DNA of 35,967 nucleotides from a bacterium (GCA_036339875.1 JAYZAC010000127.1:1-35967), one strand, 5' to 3'. Positions 27,423-35,685 are shown, numbered from the stretch's first letter. Numbers and translations are program-made. The notes: generated from the sequence alone by a model not told the origin.

Positions 27423-28608
27423 AAAAGTTGATTCCGTAGTTGCGTTATTTGATACTCCGGACCAAATCATACATGCGGCAGAAAAAACTGTGGAAGCAGG
27501 CTACAAAGAGTTTGATGTTCATACTCCTTACCCCGTTCATGGGATGGACCATGCTATGAGCTTACCAGGGACTAAACTTCCCTACGTGACGCTAATGTGT
27601 GGTTTATTTGGTTTTAGTTTCGCACTGTTTTTTCAATGGTATGTCTCAGGTGATCCTTTGAGTGGCTTTGGGGCGAAGCAATTATTTTTGCCATACTGGT
27701 TGGAGCGTTATCCCTTCGTGATTGGCGGGAAGCCTTTATTTTCGCTCCCAGCATTTGTTCCAGTAATGTTTGAGGTAACAGTGCTTCTTTCTGCACTCGG
27801 TACAGTGGCAGCAATGATTGCTGTTTTTTGTGGTTTACCGGCAAACGGTCATCCTCTGCATAATACCGATTATATGAAAGCAGTTAGTTGCAATCGATTC
27901 GGTTTGTGTATCGAAGCTAAAGACGCTAATTTTGATGAGGCAAAAGTTCGTGAATTTATGTTGGAGCAAGGTGGTCAATCGGTAGTCACCGTCTACGAAC
28001 CATATCGGCGCCCACCTTCATTTTTTTCTTCTTTGATCTTTTTAGGGCTTCTAGTCGGAGTGGCTATAGGCGTTGGTACAAAAACGTATATTGTTTACAA
28101 TAAAGTTCTCTATTCGTGGATGTTTTTATGGCTTGACTACACTGATAAAGTTAAGCCTCAGCAAAAAAGTGAATTTTTCGCAGATGGTAGAACTATGCAG
28201 CTTCCGGTTGATGGTACAGTTGCCAGAGGGTATATGCCTTACGAGTATAAAGGTAACCCTGAAGGAGCCGGACAATTCCTAGTTAACCCTGCCGATCAAA
28301 CATCGGAAGTACTTGCGCATGGTAAGAAACTTTACAATATTTATTGTACTGCATGTCACGGAACTTATGGAGACGGAGACGGTAAAGTTGTGGTAAGGGA
28401 GGCCGGTAAGGGCCTCAAACCCCCGAGCTTGCATTCTTCAAAATTGAAAGAATGGTCAGATGGTCGAATTTACCATGTGATTAGCGAAGGTCAGAATGTT
28501 ATGCCAGGATATGCTAAGCAGATTTTAGCTGATGAGCGTTGGGCAGTTGTTCATTATGTAAGAGCACTGCAAAGAGCTAAAGACGCGAAAGAGAGTGACT
28601 TACAATGA
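27415..28608 (+). CDS. actDE: fused ActD (DUF3341) - ActE (monoheme cytochrome c)
   Basis: [30 protein letters not shown] (ActD); FFADGR.M..PV.GTVARG, CTACH, MP.YA.QI...ERWAVV.YVR.LQ (ActE); ATG 27415 after GGAGG. Confidence 0.92.
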   Translation: MSKKVDSVVALFDTPDQIIHAAEKTVEAGYKEFDVHTPYPVHGMDHAMSLPGTKLPYVTLMCGLFGFSFALFFQWYVSGDPLSGFGAKQLFLPYWLERYPFVIGGKPLFSLPAFVPVMFEVTVLLSALGTVAAMIAVFCGLPANGHPLHNTDYMKAVSCNRFGLCIEAKDANFDEAKVREFMLEQGGQSVVTVYEPYRRPPSFFSSLIFLGLLVGVAIGVGTKTYIVYNKVLYSWMFLWLDYTDKVKPQQKSEFFADGRTMQLPVDGTVARGYMPYEYKGNPEGAGQFLVNPADQTSEVLAHGKKLYNIYCTACHGTYGDGDGKVVVREAGKGLKPPSLHSSKLKEWSDGRIYHVISEGQNVMPGYAKQILADERWAVVHYVRALQRAKDAKESDLQ

Positions 28609-29945
28609 GTTTACAAACTGCATCAAAAGTATGGAAAGGAAGTACTACTTCCAACGCACTGGGGATGTTTGGTACTGGATTTCTTGTGCTTGGTATACTA
28701 GGGATGGCTGTCAGTTTCGCTACCGATGTAAAGCATTTCTGGCATGCGTATCTTGTAATGTTTATGTTCTTACTCAGCTTGGGTCTGGGGGCTTTGTTTT
28801 ACCTGGCTCTTGAGTATTTAGTAGGGGCATATTGGAGTGTTCCAATTCGACGGGTAACAGAAGGTGTAGCAGGACTTCTAATACCAGTAGCATTTCTGTC
28901 AATTCCCATTTTCATGGGTGGTATGGACCATTTATATTCGCATTGGATACCGCATCATGCACATCATGCCGAAGGACATGCTCACCACGGTGAAGAGCAT
29001 GATAAGCACAAGGCCAAAGTGGATAAATATCAGAAATCAGAGAGTAATACCTACTCTGATAAAGCAAAAGGTCACAAACATGAATCTAGCGATGCGTATG
29101 GAGGTCATCATGAGCCAGATCCTATTGTTGAAGGTAAGAGGCCTTTTCTCAGTAAGCCCTGGTTTTATGTTCTTAACATAGGCTGCTTTCTGATTTGGAT
29201 TGCTTTTTTCTATTGGTTTAGAAATAATTCAAGGGAACAAGATAAAGATGGAAGTCAGAAATATACTCAACGCAATGTAATTATGTCTGCTCCATTCATG
29301 TTGGTTTTTGCTGCTACCTTAACTATAGCAGCCATTTATTACATGATGAGTTTAGAGCCTCATTGGTTTTCTACAATGTTTGGAATTTATTATTTTGCGG
29401 GGACCTTGGTCTCGGCGGCTTCGATTTTAACCATACTTGTCATAACTTTGCACCAGAACGGCTTTCTGCATACTCAGATGAAGAAGGATACATATTATTC
29501 TCTGGGTCTTATGATGTTTGCATTTAATGTCTTCTGGGCATATATATCGTTTAGTCAATTCATGCTAATCTGGTATGCAAATCTATATGAGGAAACGATG
29601 TGGTTTATCTATCGTTACGAAGGTGGCTGGGCAACTGTAAGTTGGTTTCTAATCCTCTTTCATTTTGTGATTCCATTTTTTGCATTGTTGTCCAGAGATC
29701 AAAAAACGAATCCAAGTAGGTTAATTTTTATGGCCTACTGGTTGTTAGCAGCGCATATACTAGATTTATATTGGATTATTGTCCCTACTTATGCTGAAAC
29801 AAGTTTTCAATTATCTGATCTTGGGTTTTTGATTTTTGCAGCAGGTTTTGTGATGTTCTTTTTCAACAGTGGTGTGAAAGGGGCTAATCTTGTTCCGATT
29901 AAGGATCCTAAGCTCGAACACGGGCTAGAGTTTAAAATCCATTAA
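28605..29945 (+). CDS. actF: alternative complex III membrane subunit F, with His-rich insert
   Basis: A.WSV.IRR..E, MSLEPHWFSTMFG.Y, FWAYI.FSQFMLIWYANL.EE..W, PIKDP. Confidence 0.93.
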   Translation: MSLQTASKVWKGSTTSNALGMFGTGFLVLGILGMAVSFATDVKHFWHAYLVMFMFLLSLGLGALFYLALEYLVGAYWSVPIRRVTEGVAGLLIPVAFLSIPIFMGGMDHLYSHWIPHHAHHAEGHAHHGEEHDKHKAKVDKYQKSESNTYSDKAKGHKHESSDAYGGHHEPDPIVEGKRPFLSKPWFYVLNIGCFLIWIAFFYWFRNNSREQDKDGSQKYTQRNVIMSAPFMLVFAATLTIAAIYYMMSLEPHWFSTMFGIYYFAGTLVSAASILTILVITLHQNGFLHTQMKKDTYYSLGLMMFAFNVFWAYISFSQFMLIWYANLYEETMWFIYRYEGGWATVSWFLILFHFVIPFFALLSRDQKTNPSRLIFMAYWLLAAHILDLYWIIVPTYAETSFQLSDLGFLIFAAGFVMFFFNSGVKGANLVPIKDPKLEHGLEFKIH

Positions 29946-29965
29946 ATAATTATTATTTTTACGTG

Positions 29966-29997
29966 AAGGGTCGTCTATTTTTGGCGGCCCTTTTTTA
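29966..29997 (+). terminator. intrinsic terminator ending the act operon
   Basis: AAGGGTCGTC-7 nt-GGCGGCCCTT stem (2 G-U pairs) running into a T-run. Confidence 0.75.
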
Positions 29998-30798
29998 TAT
30001 TTTCTTAAAGCGATAAAGATTGAGGAATTTCGCGTTATTTTCCTGCGCTTGTTTGTAAAGTAAAATAAATTGAGGATGATTTCTAATCGGATCAAAAGCT
30101 TTCTCTAATTGTATCCTACTATAATTCCTATAGCCCTTTAGAGTAGCACGTCTGAGATTGTAAATAGAGGAATCCCAAGCTTGAAGTATCGCGTACATTT
30201 TAGCTAAATTAAATGATAAGTATTGATCAAATGCAGGATAAAGTTGTCTGGCTTTTATTAGAGTAATTTCAGCACTATTCCATTCCGAATTTGATATATA
30301 ATTCCAAGCTAACAAGATTAGCAAATGGGGCTGTGATGGATGTAATTTAAGTCCTAATTGTAGCCAGTGAATAGATCTTGACGTTTTCCCCATACGAAAT
30401 AAATGTTCAGCAAAGTGAAAGAAATATTGAGGATCTTCCTGTTGGTTAATCAATAGTGCTTTGAATAATAGCTTTTCAGCTACTGAGTTTTCATTTAATG
30501 CACTGTGAAGAAGACCTTTACTCAGAAAGAAAAAAGAATCTTTAGCGCCTTTATTTGATGCTAAGCGAAGATATCGATGTGACTGTTTCAATTGGCCGCT
30601 TTTGGCATATAGATAGCCAATGCGAGTTAATGTCTGTGTGTTGCTTGGACTTGTTTTGAGTGATTTCTTTAACCGAGATATCTCCAATACCGATTTTTTA
30701 CCAATCCATGATGGTCGAAATTCTGGACTTTTAGTTTCCCACGCAAAATTGGAGCAGGTACTGAGATGTATAATAAACAAGCCGATAAGAAATTGCAT
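29995..30798 (-). CDS. exported TPR protein
   Basis: Signal peptide; TPR motifs (RIGYLYAKSG, FNLAKMYA); C-terminal L.RA..KGY.......FDPIR.HP.F pattern. Confidence 0.8.
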   Translation of the reverse strand: MQFLIGLFIIHLSTCSNFAWETKSPEFRPSWIGKKSVLEISRLKKSLKTSPSNTQTLTRIGYLYAKSGQLKQSHRYLRLASNKGAKDSFFFLSKGLLHSALNENSVAEKLLFKALLINQQEDPQYFFHFAEHLFRMGKTSRSIHWLQLGLKLHPSQPHLLILLAWNYISNSEWNSAEITLIKARQLYPAFDQYLSFNLAKMYAILQAWDSSIYNLRRATLKGYRNYSRIQLEKAFDPIRNHPQFILLYKQAQENNAKFLNLYRFKKI

Positions 30799-30816
30799 TT
30801 CGTTTCTTATCGGCTT
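30779..30816. repeat. perfect 14-bp inverted repeat enclosing the TPR gene start codon
   Basis: AAGCCGATAAGAAA-10 nt-TTTCTTATCGGCTT. Confidence 0.9.
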
Positions 30817-30821
30817 AATAC

Positions 30822-31223
30822 TTAATTCATTTGCTGTTTTAAGACCTCAATAATAGGCATTGCAGAATGCACAATTTCAAAATCCTTTAACATATTTAGG
30901 CGAATCCATCTGTATGCTAGGTGCTGAGATAGTTTGAGTTTTTTAGAAATACATTCTACATAAAACGCAGTTAATTGGACTGTACCAAAGTCATAGTCAT
31001 AGTTAGATGTGCCGAGTTTATCTCCAACTACCACATCAAGATTAAAACGTTTGGCAAGGTGGTCCTTTAGACCCTCTTCCAATGAAACACCTTCATGTAC
31101 AGATCCACCTGGCAATTCCCATTGACTGGCTAGTTTACCTTTTTCATCTCTTCTGGCTATTATGAATCTTCCTTCGTCACGAATGACTGCTACTGCTACT
31201 CTAATTACTGGTTTTTCGCACAT
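30822..31223 (-). CDS. NUDIX-fold protein (MutT/NudG-like) with degenerate Nudix box
   Basis: IRVAVAVI, IIARR, WELPGG..., Y.YD...V.L..F, H..YRW; canonical RE.xEE replaced by DHLAKR. Confidence 0.85.
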   Translation of the reverse strand: MCEKPVIRVAVAVIRDEGRFIIARRDEKGKLASQWELPGGSVHEGVSLEEGLKDHLAKRFNLDVVVGDKLGTSNYDYDFGTVQLTAFYVECISKKLKLSQHLAYRWIRLNMLKDFEIVHSAMPIIEVLKQQMN

Positions 31224-31350
31224 AATTATTGGATCTCCTTGTTGTTTTGGAATTGCAGATTTTACCCAGAAAAGAATTCAAATTCAACTCTTGACAATTT
31301 TACTAACTAGAGTAATCGTTATGTGTTTTTAATATTTGATGTGGTTTGAT

Positions 31351-32172
31351 ATGGATGTTCGTTTAGAAATAGTATGCCCCTGTGGCTCCGGAAAAAGTTT
31401 TAAGCATTGTTGTTTTGGTAATAAGGAGTTACCAGAAAGTGTTGAAAAATACCAAATCGTTAGTGAGGTTTTAGCGCAGACTGTAGAGTTAGGTTCCGGT
31501 TTGTTGGATGCACCTGATTTTCAGTACTTTTGCAACAACGGCGTTGATCAATTTCGTCTACTAATGGATTATAATCAGGATAAATTTGAAGATATGCTTA
31601 ATTCAAATATTGGATGCCAGCTTGTTATGGAATGGTTACTATTTCTGGCGCCATTAGCCCGCACAATTGAAGAATTAAACGAAGATCAACAACTCAATGA
31701 AACTTCCTTCTTTTTAAGTTATTTGTCTGACTCTGAGGAAGATTTAGTTGATATTACGAGAATTGAAGTTTCAGACTCATACGAAAAGTCGCTTGATATT
31801 TCAGTATGCGACCTTGTTAAAGAGTTATTAAAAGGATTGTCGCGGAGTAGGTTAAGTGTATTTTATAAGGAAGATGACGTTATCAATGGTCTATGTTTGA
31901 AAGATGCCGTTACTGGAGAACGTCATTATCTTTATGATGAGCAACTATTTATTACGCTGTCGAAATCTGAGATTTTAGTTGGTAGAATTGTACATTCTTG
32001 CAACTTAAAGTCACTCTTATCAGTCTATGGATTACCGCCCGGAGATAAGCCGAGAGCCGAACTAATTAGTTCATGTGAAAAATGGCATAGTTTGATTGAA
32101 TCAGATAAGGACTTCTCGGTCAGTGATATGCAAGTTAACTTGCTGAAAACACTTGCTGACTATCTGGTCTAG
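31351..32172 (+). CDS. SEC-C metal-binding motif protein
   Basis: N-terminal CPCGSGKSFKHCC; start uncertain (31339 or 31351). Confidence 0.8.
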   Translation: MDVRLEIVCPCGSGKSFKHCCFGNKELPESVEKYQIVSEVLAQTVELGSGLLDAPDFQYFCNNGVDQFRLLMDYNQDKFEDMLNSNIGCQLVMEWLLFLAPLARTIEELNEDQQLNETSFFLSYLSDSEEDLVDITRIEVSDSYEKSLDISVCDLVKELLKGLSRSRLSVFYKEDDVINGLCLKDAVTGERHYLYDEQLFITLSKSEILVGRIVHSCNLKSLLSVYGLPPGDKPRAELISSCEKWHSLIESDKDFSVSDMQVNLLKTLADYLV

Positions 32173-32176
32173 GTGT

Positions 32177-33214
32177 TTATAGTACTTCGAGGGAGGCTTG
32201 TAGGGCGCCAGAGTTCTTGATTTCCTGTAATATAGCTATCAAGGCAGGCGTATTAACTCCCATTAAATTTAGCGTGTTGACCAATTCACTTACTGTTCCG
32301 CCTTTATCGACTTCGACAAGCCTTTCGTCGGCTCCACTTTTATTCAGTTGATTTCCAACTTCAATGATCATGGTTCCGTGAGCAATTGCTACGGGTGAAA
32401 TTTTTACATTGCCTCCCAATACAACTGTACCGGTACGCTCATTAATTACTACTTTAGCCTTTTGATCAACAATTACTTGTAGGCTATTAAGGCGAGAAAT
32501 AAATTCCACAGGATTGTTTTGAAAAGAGAAGGGTATTTTAATTCTAATTTTAGCGGAGTTCTGGGCTATGGATGTCCCCAGGCCAAATGTCTGATTTATA
32601 GCCTCAGCGACTCTATTTGCAGTGGTAAAGTCAGGGTTATTAAGCGCTAAATAAATACTTTGGTTTTTAATAAAATCCATAGGAACTTCTGCTTCAACAG
32701 AAGCTCCGCCGGGAATTCTAGCTACAGTTTGATGATTTGGCATACCCTGTTGTATATTTCCGCCTAAGCTCAATGCTCCTTGTGCGACGGCATAGGTTCG
32801 ACCATCTGCTGCTCGTAATGGCGTTTGGATTAGAATTCCTCCTCTTAGAGATTTTGCATCACCCATAGTTGATACAGTTAGATCTATCTTATCTCCAGGC
32901 GACGTAAATGGTGGTAATTCGGCAGTAATGATTACAGCAGCGGCATTTTTTGTTTCGATTTTACTGGCATCAAACTTTAAGCCGAGATTTTTCATTGTAT
33001 TGGTTACCATTTCTTGCGTAAGAGTTGTTTTATCTCCCGTTCCACTGAGTCCAATGACTAGGCCTGTGCCCATCAATTGATTGCTTCGCACTCCTTGAAT
33101 TCTTGCGACATCCTTCACTCGCACTAACGGCTGTACAAGTTCGACGGCAAAATTTGAGGATAGGGTACCCAATAATAAGCTTATAAGGATAAGTTTCTTG
33201 GAAAAAATTCGCAT
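32177..33214 (-). CDS. flgI: flagellar P-ring protein
   Basis: RVKD....GVRSNQL.G.GLV.GL.GTGD, GDAKSLRGG.L..TPL, YAVAQG, PDFTTA, KVVINERTGTVV. Confidence 0.96.
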   Translation of the reverse strand: MRIFSKKLILISLLLGTLSSNFAVELVQPLVRVKDVARIQGVRSNQLMGTGLVIGLSGTGDKTTLTQEMVTNTMKNLGLKFDASKIETKNAAAVIITAELPPFTSPGDKIDLTVSTMGDAKSLRGGILIQTPLRAADGRTYAVAQGALSLGGNIQQGMPNHQTVARIPGGASVEAEVPMDFIKNQSIYLALNNPDFTTANRVAEAINQTFGLGTSIAQNSAKIRIKIPFSFQNNPVEFISRLNSLQVIVDQKAKVVINERTGTVVLGGNVKISPVAIAHGTMIIEVGNQLNKSGADERLVEVDKGGTVSELVNTLNLMGVNTPALIAILQEIKNSGALQASLEVL

Positions 33215-33223
33215 AGCATAATC

Positions 33224-33853
33224 CTAGAAAAAGATATTCATTACTCTTTGTAGTGGCCCCGGTTTCTTAAGACCATCGAAGGCGCCTTTGCCCGTAAATT
33301 TGATTTCGGCATTAGCAACTTTTGATGATGCTACCATGTTATTCTTTACATCTTCGGGTCGTATAGTACCCGTGATAGTTATACGTTGTGTTTCAGAGTT
33401 TATTAAGACCGATTTGCGGCCTTCAATTCTCACATTTCCGTTAGGTAATATTCCGGTTACCGTAACAGTTACTTCAGTTTGGAGGCTTGAGTTTGCCGTC
33501 ATTTTTCCTTCGCCCTCCATTTCACTATTATGATTTTGATTGGAAATAGAGTCATTGAGTTTTCCAAGTACAGTATCTAAATACTTAATTTTAGATAAAC
33601 TCAATATGTTTCGAAGTTTATCCCACATGTCACTGTTTACAACCGTTGAATCGGAAACCTCTTGCTTAAAGTCATTTTTTGCGGTTGCGGCCTCGTCAAC
33701 TATTATAGTTAGTATATCCCCAGGTCTTATGTCAGGCTTATGGCTTGCAGATATGTGTAGAGATTCAGATTTCCAGAGACTAGTTGAAAAGCAATTATTT
33801 GTTAAACAAGTAGTAACTATAATGCCCAAACTCAAAATTTTAACCAGCTCCAT
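33224..33853 (-). CDS. flgH: flagellar L-ring protein
   Basis: SLW, GDILTIIVDE, LPNGN.RIEG.K...IN.E.Q....G.IRPED, V.S.KVANA.I. Confidence 0.93.
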   Translation of the reverse strand: MELVKILSLGIIVTTCLTNNCFSTSLWKSESLHISASHKPDIRPGDILTIIVDEAATAKNDFKQEVSDSTVVNSDMWDKLRNILSLSKIKYLDTVLGKLNDSISNQNHNSEMEGEGKMTANSSLQTEVTVTVTGILPNGNVRIEGRKSVLINSETQRITITGTIRPEDVKNNMVASSKVANAEIKFTGKGAFDGLKKPGPLQRVMNIFF

Positions 33854-33884
33854 ATCTTATCCTTGTTTATTTTTGTTTTTATTT

Positions 33885-33911
33885 GTATCGGCATGACTCT
33901 TAAGATTCTTA
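33885..33911 (-). promoter_or_regulatory. sigma28 (FliA)-type promoter for flgHI
   Basis: minus strand TAAG-N15-GCCGATAC vs consensus TAAA-N15-GCCGATAA, about 30 nt upstream of flgH ATG. Confidence 0.65.
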
Positions 33912-33941
33912 ATAGCTTATTTTTGAATCAGGTTGTTGTAA

Positions 33942-33970
33942 TTGCCAGCCATGGGAGCCTGTGATAGACT
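33942..33970 (+). promoter_or_regulatory. sigma70 promoter of tRNA-His/tRNA-Arg
   Basis: TTGCCA-17 nt-TAGACT with extended TG. Confidence 0.55.
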
Positions 33971-34004
33971 TCCGATCTCGATTTTTTAATGCGAGTAAAT
34001 TAAT

Positions 34005-34077
34005 GGCGGTCGTAGTTCAGCGGTAGAGCACTGGATTGTGGTTCCAGGTGTCGCGGGTTCGAATCCCGTCGGTCGCC
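34005..34077 (+). tRNA. tRNA-His (GUG), encoded G-1, CCA not encoded
   Basis: cloverleaf: GCGGTCG/CGGTCGC acceptor, CTGGA-TTGTGGT-TCCAG anticodon arm, GGTTCGAATCC T-arm, C discriminator. Confidence 0.95.
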
Positions 34078-34098
34078 CTTTATAGGATCTAGTGGAAT

Positions 34099-34170
34099 GG
34101 GCCTGTAGTGTAATGGATAGCACGCCGGACTTCGGATCCGTCTGTAGGGGTTCGAGTCCTCTCAGGCCCA
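34099..34170 (+). tRNA. tRNA-Arg (UCG), CCA not encoded
   Basis: GGGCCTG/CAGGCCC acceptor, loop CTTCGGA, A20 Arg identity base in D-loop, GGTTCGAGTCC. Confidence 0.92.
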
Positions 34171-34197
34171 TTCGGTTCATCATTGAAAAGAGGAAGA

Positions 34198-35685
34198 ATG
34201 GTCTACCTAAAGACTGTAAGCTTGTTATTCTTTCTAGTTGCTACATTGACATCTGCAACGACCCCGCAAATTCATAACACGACAGGTTTGGCATATTTTT
34301 ATCAGGGGAAGTATGCTCAAGCTTTTGAGGAGTTTTTATCAGCTGCACGCAAGGACCCGAACAATGTAATAGCTCATTTTAATCTTGGTAGAATATTTGA
34401 GCGTCAAGGTAATTATAAAGATGCCTTCGTCCAGTATCAGAGAACCCTTAGTTTAGATCCAAGTCATGATCAGGCGCGGATTGGTTATCAAAAATTGATC
34501 AGGTTTCGAGAACAGGTTAAATTAAGAGTAAAGTCCAATGATGAAGTTTTGGAAGAAAAGATAGGTAAAAAAGATATTAGATCGGAAGCTGCCAAAGACA
34601 AATTGTTAAAAAAACGTTTGCGACAGATTGATGGTCACTTTGCAAAGAAAAATTATCGAGCAGCTTTAGATATTACGCAACGAGGATTAAGATTTTTTCC
34701 AGATAATGGTGATCTTCAACTTTTTCTTGGCCGCTTTTATTTTATAGAAGAACAGTACGCACGATGTGTTAGTGAAATACTCAAAGCCATAGATAATAAT
34801 GTATCTGAAGCAGATGTAGCTTACTATTTATTAGCCTTAGCTTACGAGAATTTAGGTGATTTTGAAAAGGCTGAAGCTGCTCTTAGGAAAGCTGTTGATA
34901 TATCTCCTAGCAACAGTGTTTTTTACGACAGACTTGGAATCATTTTACAAAAGCTAAATAAGGACCCTAAGGCTGTCACAAAATTTCGCGAAGGAGTTCG
35001 CATAAATCCAACGAGCGTTGATACGAGAGTTCGTTTGAATAAACTTTCTAAAGAGCTCTCATTGAAGACATTTCATAATGGTAAATTGAAGTTTGAAGAG
35101 CGTGAATACCCTGCTGCAAAACGTTTGCTGCGTGAGGCTTTAGATTACGGTCAGTTGAGTCCCGCTGATATGGAAGAAGCGCAGATGTTGGTGAAAATCA
35201 GTGATTACTGGTTAGGTAAAAAGCGAAAAGTTGAACGTGTTCGTGTTCAGCAAGTTCGTAATACCCAGAATATAATTCATCAAGAGAAGGTTACGTTTTC
35301 TGATGCGACTAACTTTCCCAAGGAATACATGGGGAGATACGTCCAATGGCGTGGCAGAGTTATTCATATTAAAGAAAAACGTCGTTATTTCGAACTTCTG
35401 GTGGATATGGATGTTGATAATGAGTATCAAGAGGACATGGAAATGCGTAGTTGGATTTTAGTTCGCGTGGATGGTAAGCGGCCAGAAGATACGCGATTAA
35501 ATTATCTGAGCGAAGCAGAGATTGAGGGAAAATACAAAAATCGGAAGTTTTTGAAAAATCCCTGGAATGGTCAGGTTTCTATTCGACGTCAGCCAGTCAT
35601 TTATCTTACAGAAGGCAAGTTTTCCCATTCTCAATTCGGTCCGGGTGTTCTACGAATTTTCCCTGAAATTGACTATCGTCAGTGA
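34198..35685 (+). CDS. exported TPR protein with putative C-terminal OB-fold-like domain
   Basis: Signal peptide; TPRs (HNTTGLAYF, AHFNLGRIFE, AYYLLALAYE, YDRLGIIL); P.EY.G..V.W.G.V C-terminal pattern; ATG 34198 after AGGA. Confidence 0.85.
   Translation: MVYLKTVSLLFFLVATLTSATTPQIHNTTGLAYFYQGKYAQAFEEFLSAARKDPNNVIAHFNLGRIFERQGNYKDAFVQYQRTLSLDPSHDQARIGYQKLIRFREQVKLRVKSNDEVLEEKIGKKDIRSEAAKDKLLKKRLRQIDGHFAKKNYRAALDITQRGLRFFPDNGDLQLFLGRFYFIEEQYARCVSEILKAIDNNVSEADVAYYLLALAYENLGDFEKAEAALRKAVDISPSNSVFYDRLGIILQKLNKDPKAVTKFREGVRINPTSVDTRVRLNKLSKELSLKTFHNGKLKFEEREYPAAKRLLREALDYGQLSPADMEEAQMLVKISDYWLGKKRKVERVRVQQVRNTQNIIHQEKVTFSDATNFPKEYMGRYVQWRGRVIHIKEKRRYFELLVDMDVDNEYQEDMEMRSWILVRVDGKRPEDTRLNYLSEAEIEGKYKNRKFLKNPWNGQVSIRRQPVIYLTEGKFSHSQFGPGVLRIFPEIDYRQ

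Noticed and set aside
33986..34277. ORFs 33986-34183(-) and 34092-34277(+)
   Set aside because: They overlap well-formed tRNA-His and tRNA-Arg genes; translation artefacts
1383..35430. Many short antisense or alternate-frame ORFs in the track (e.g. 6909-7292, 8183-8587, 8889-9260, 11310-11753, 14454-14804, 33288-33896)
   Set aside because: Shadows of confidently identified genes; no motifs or RBS support
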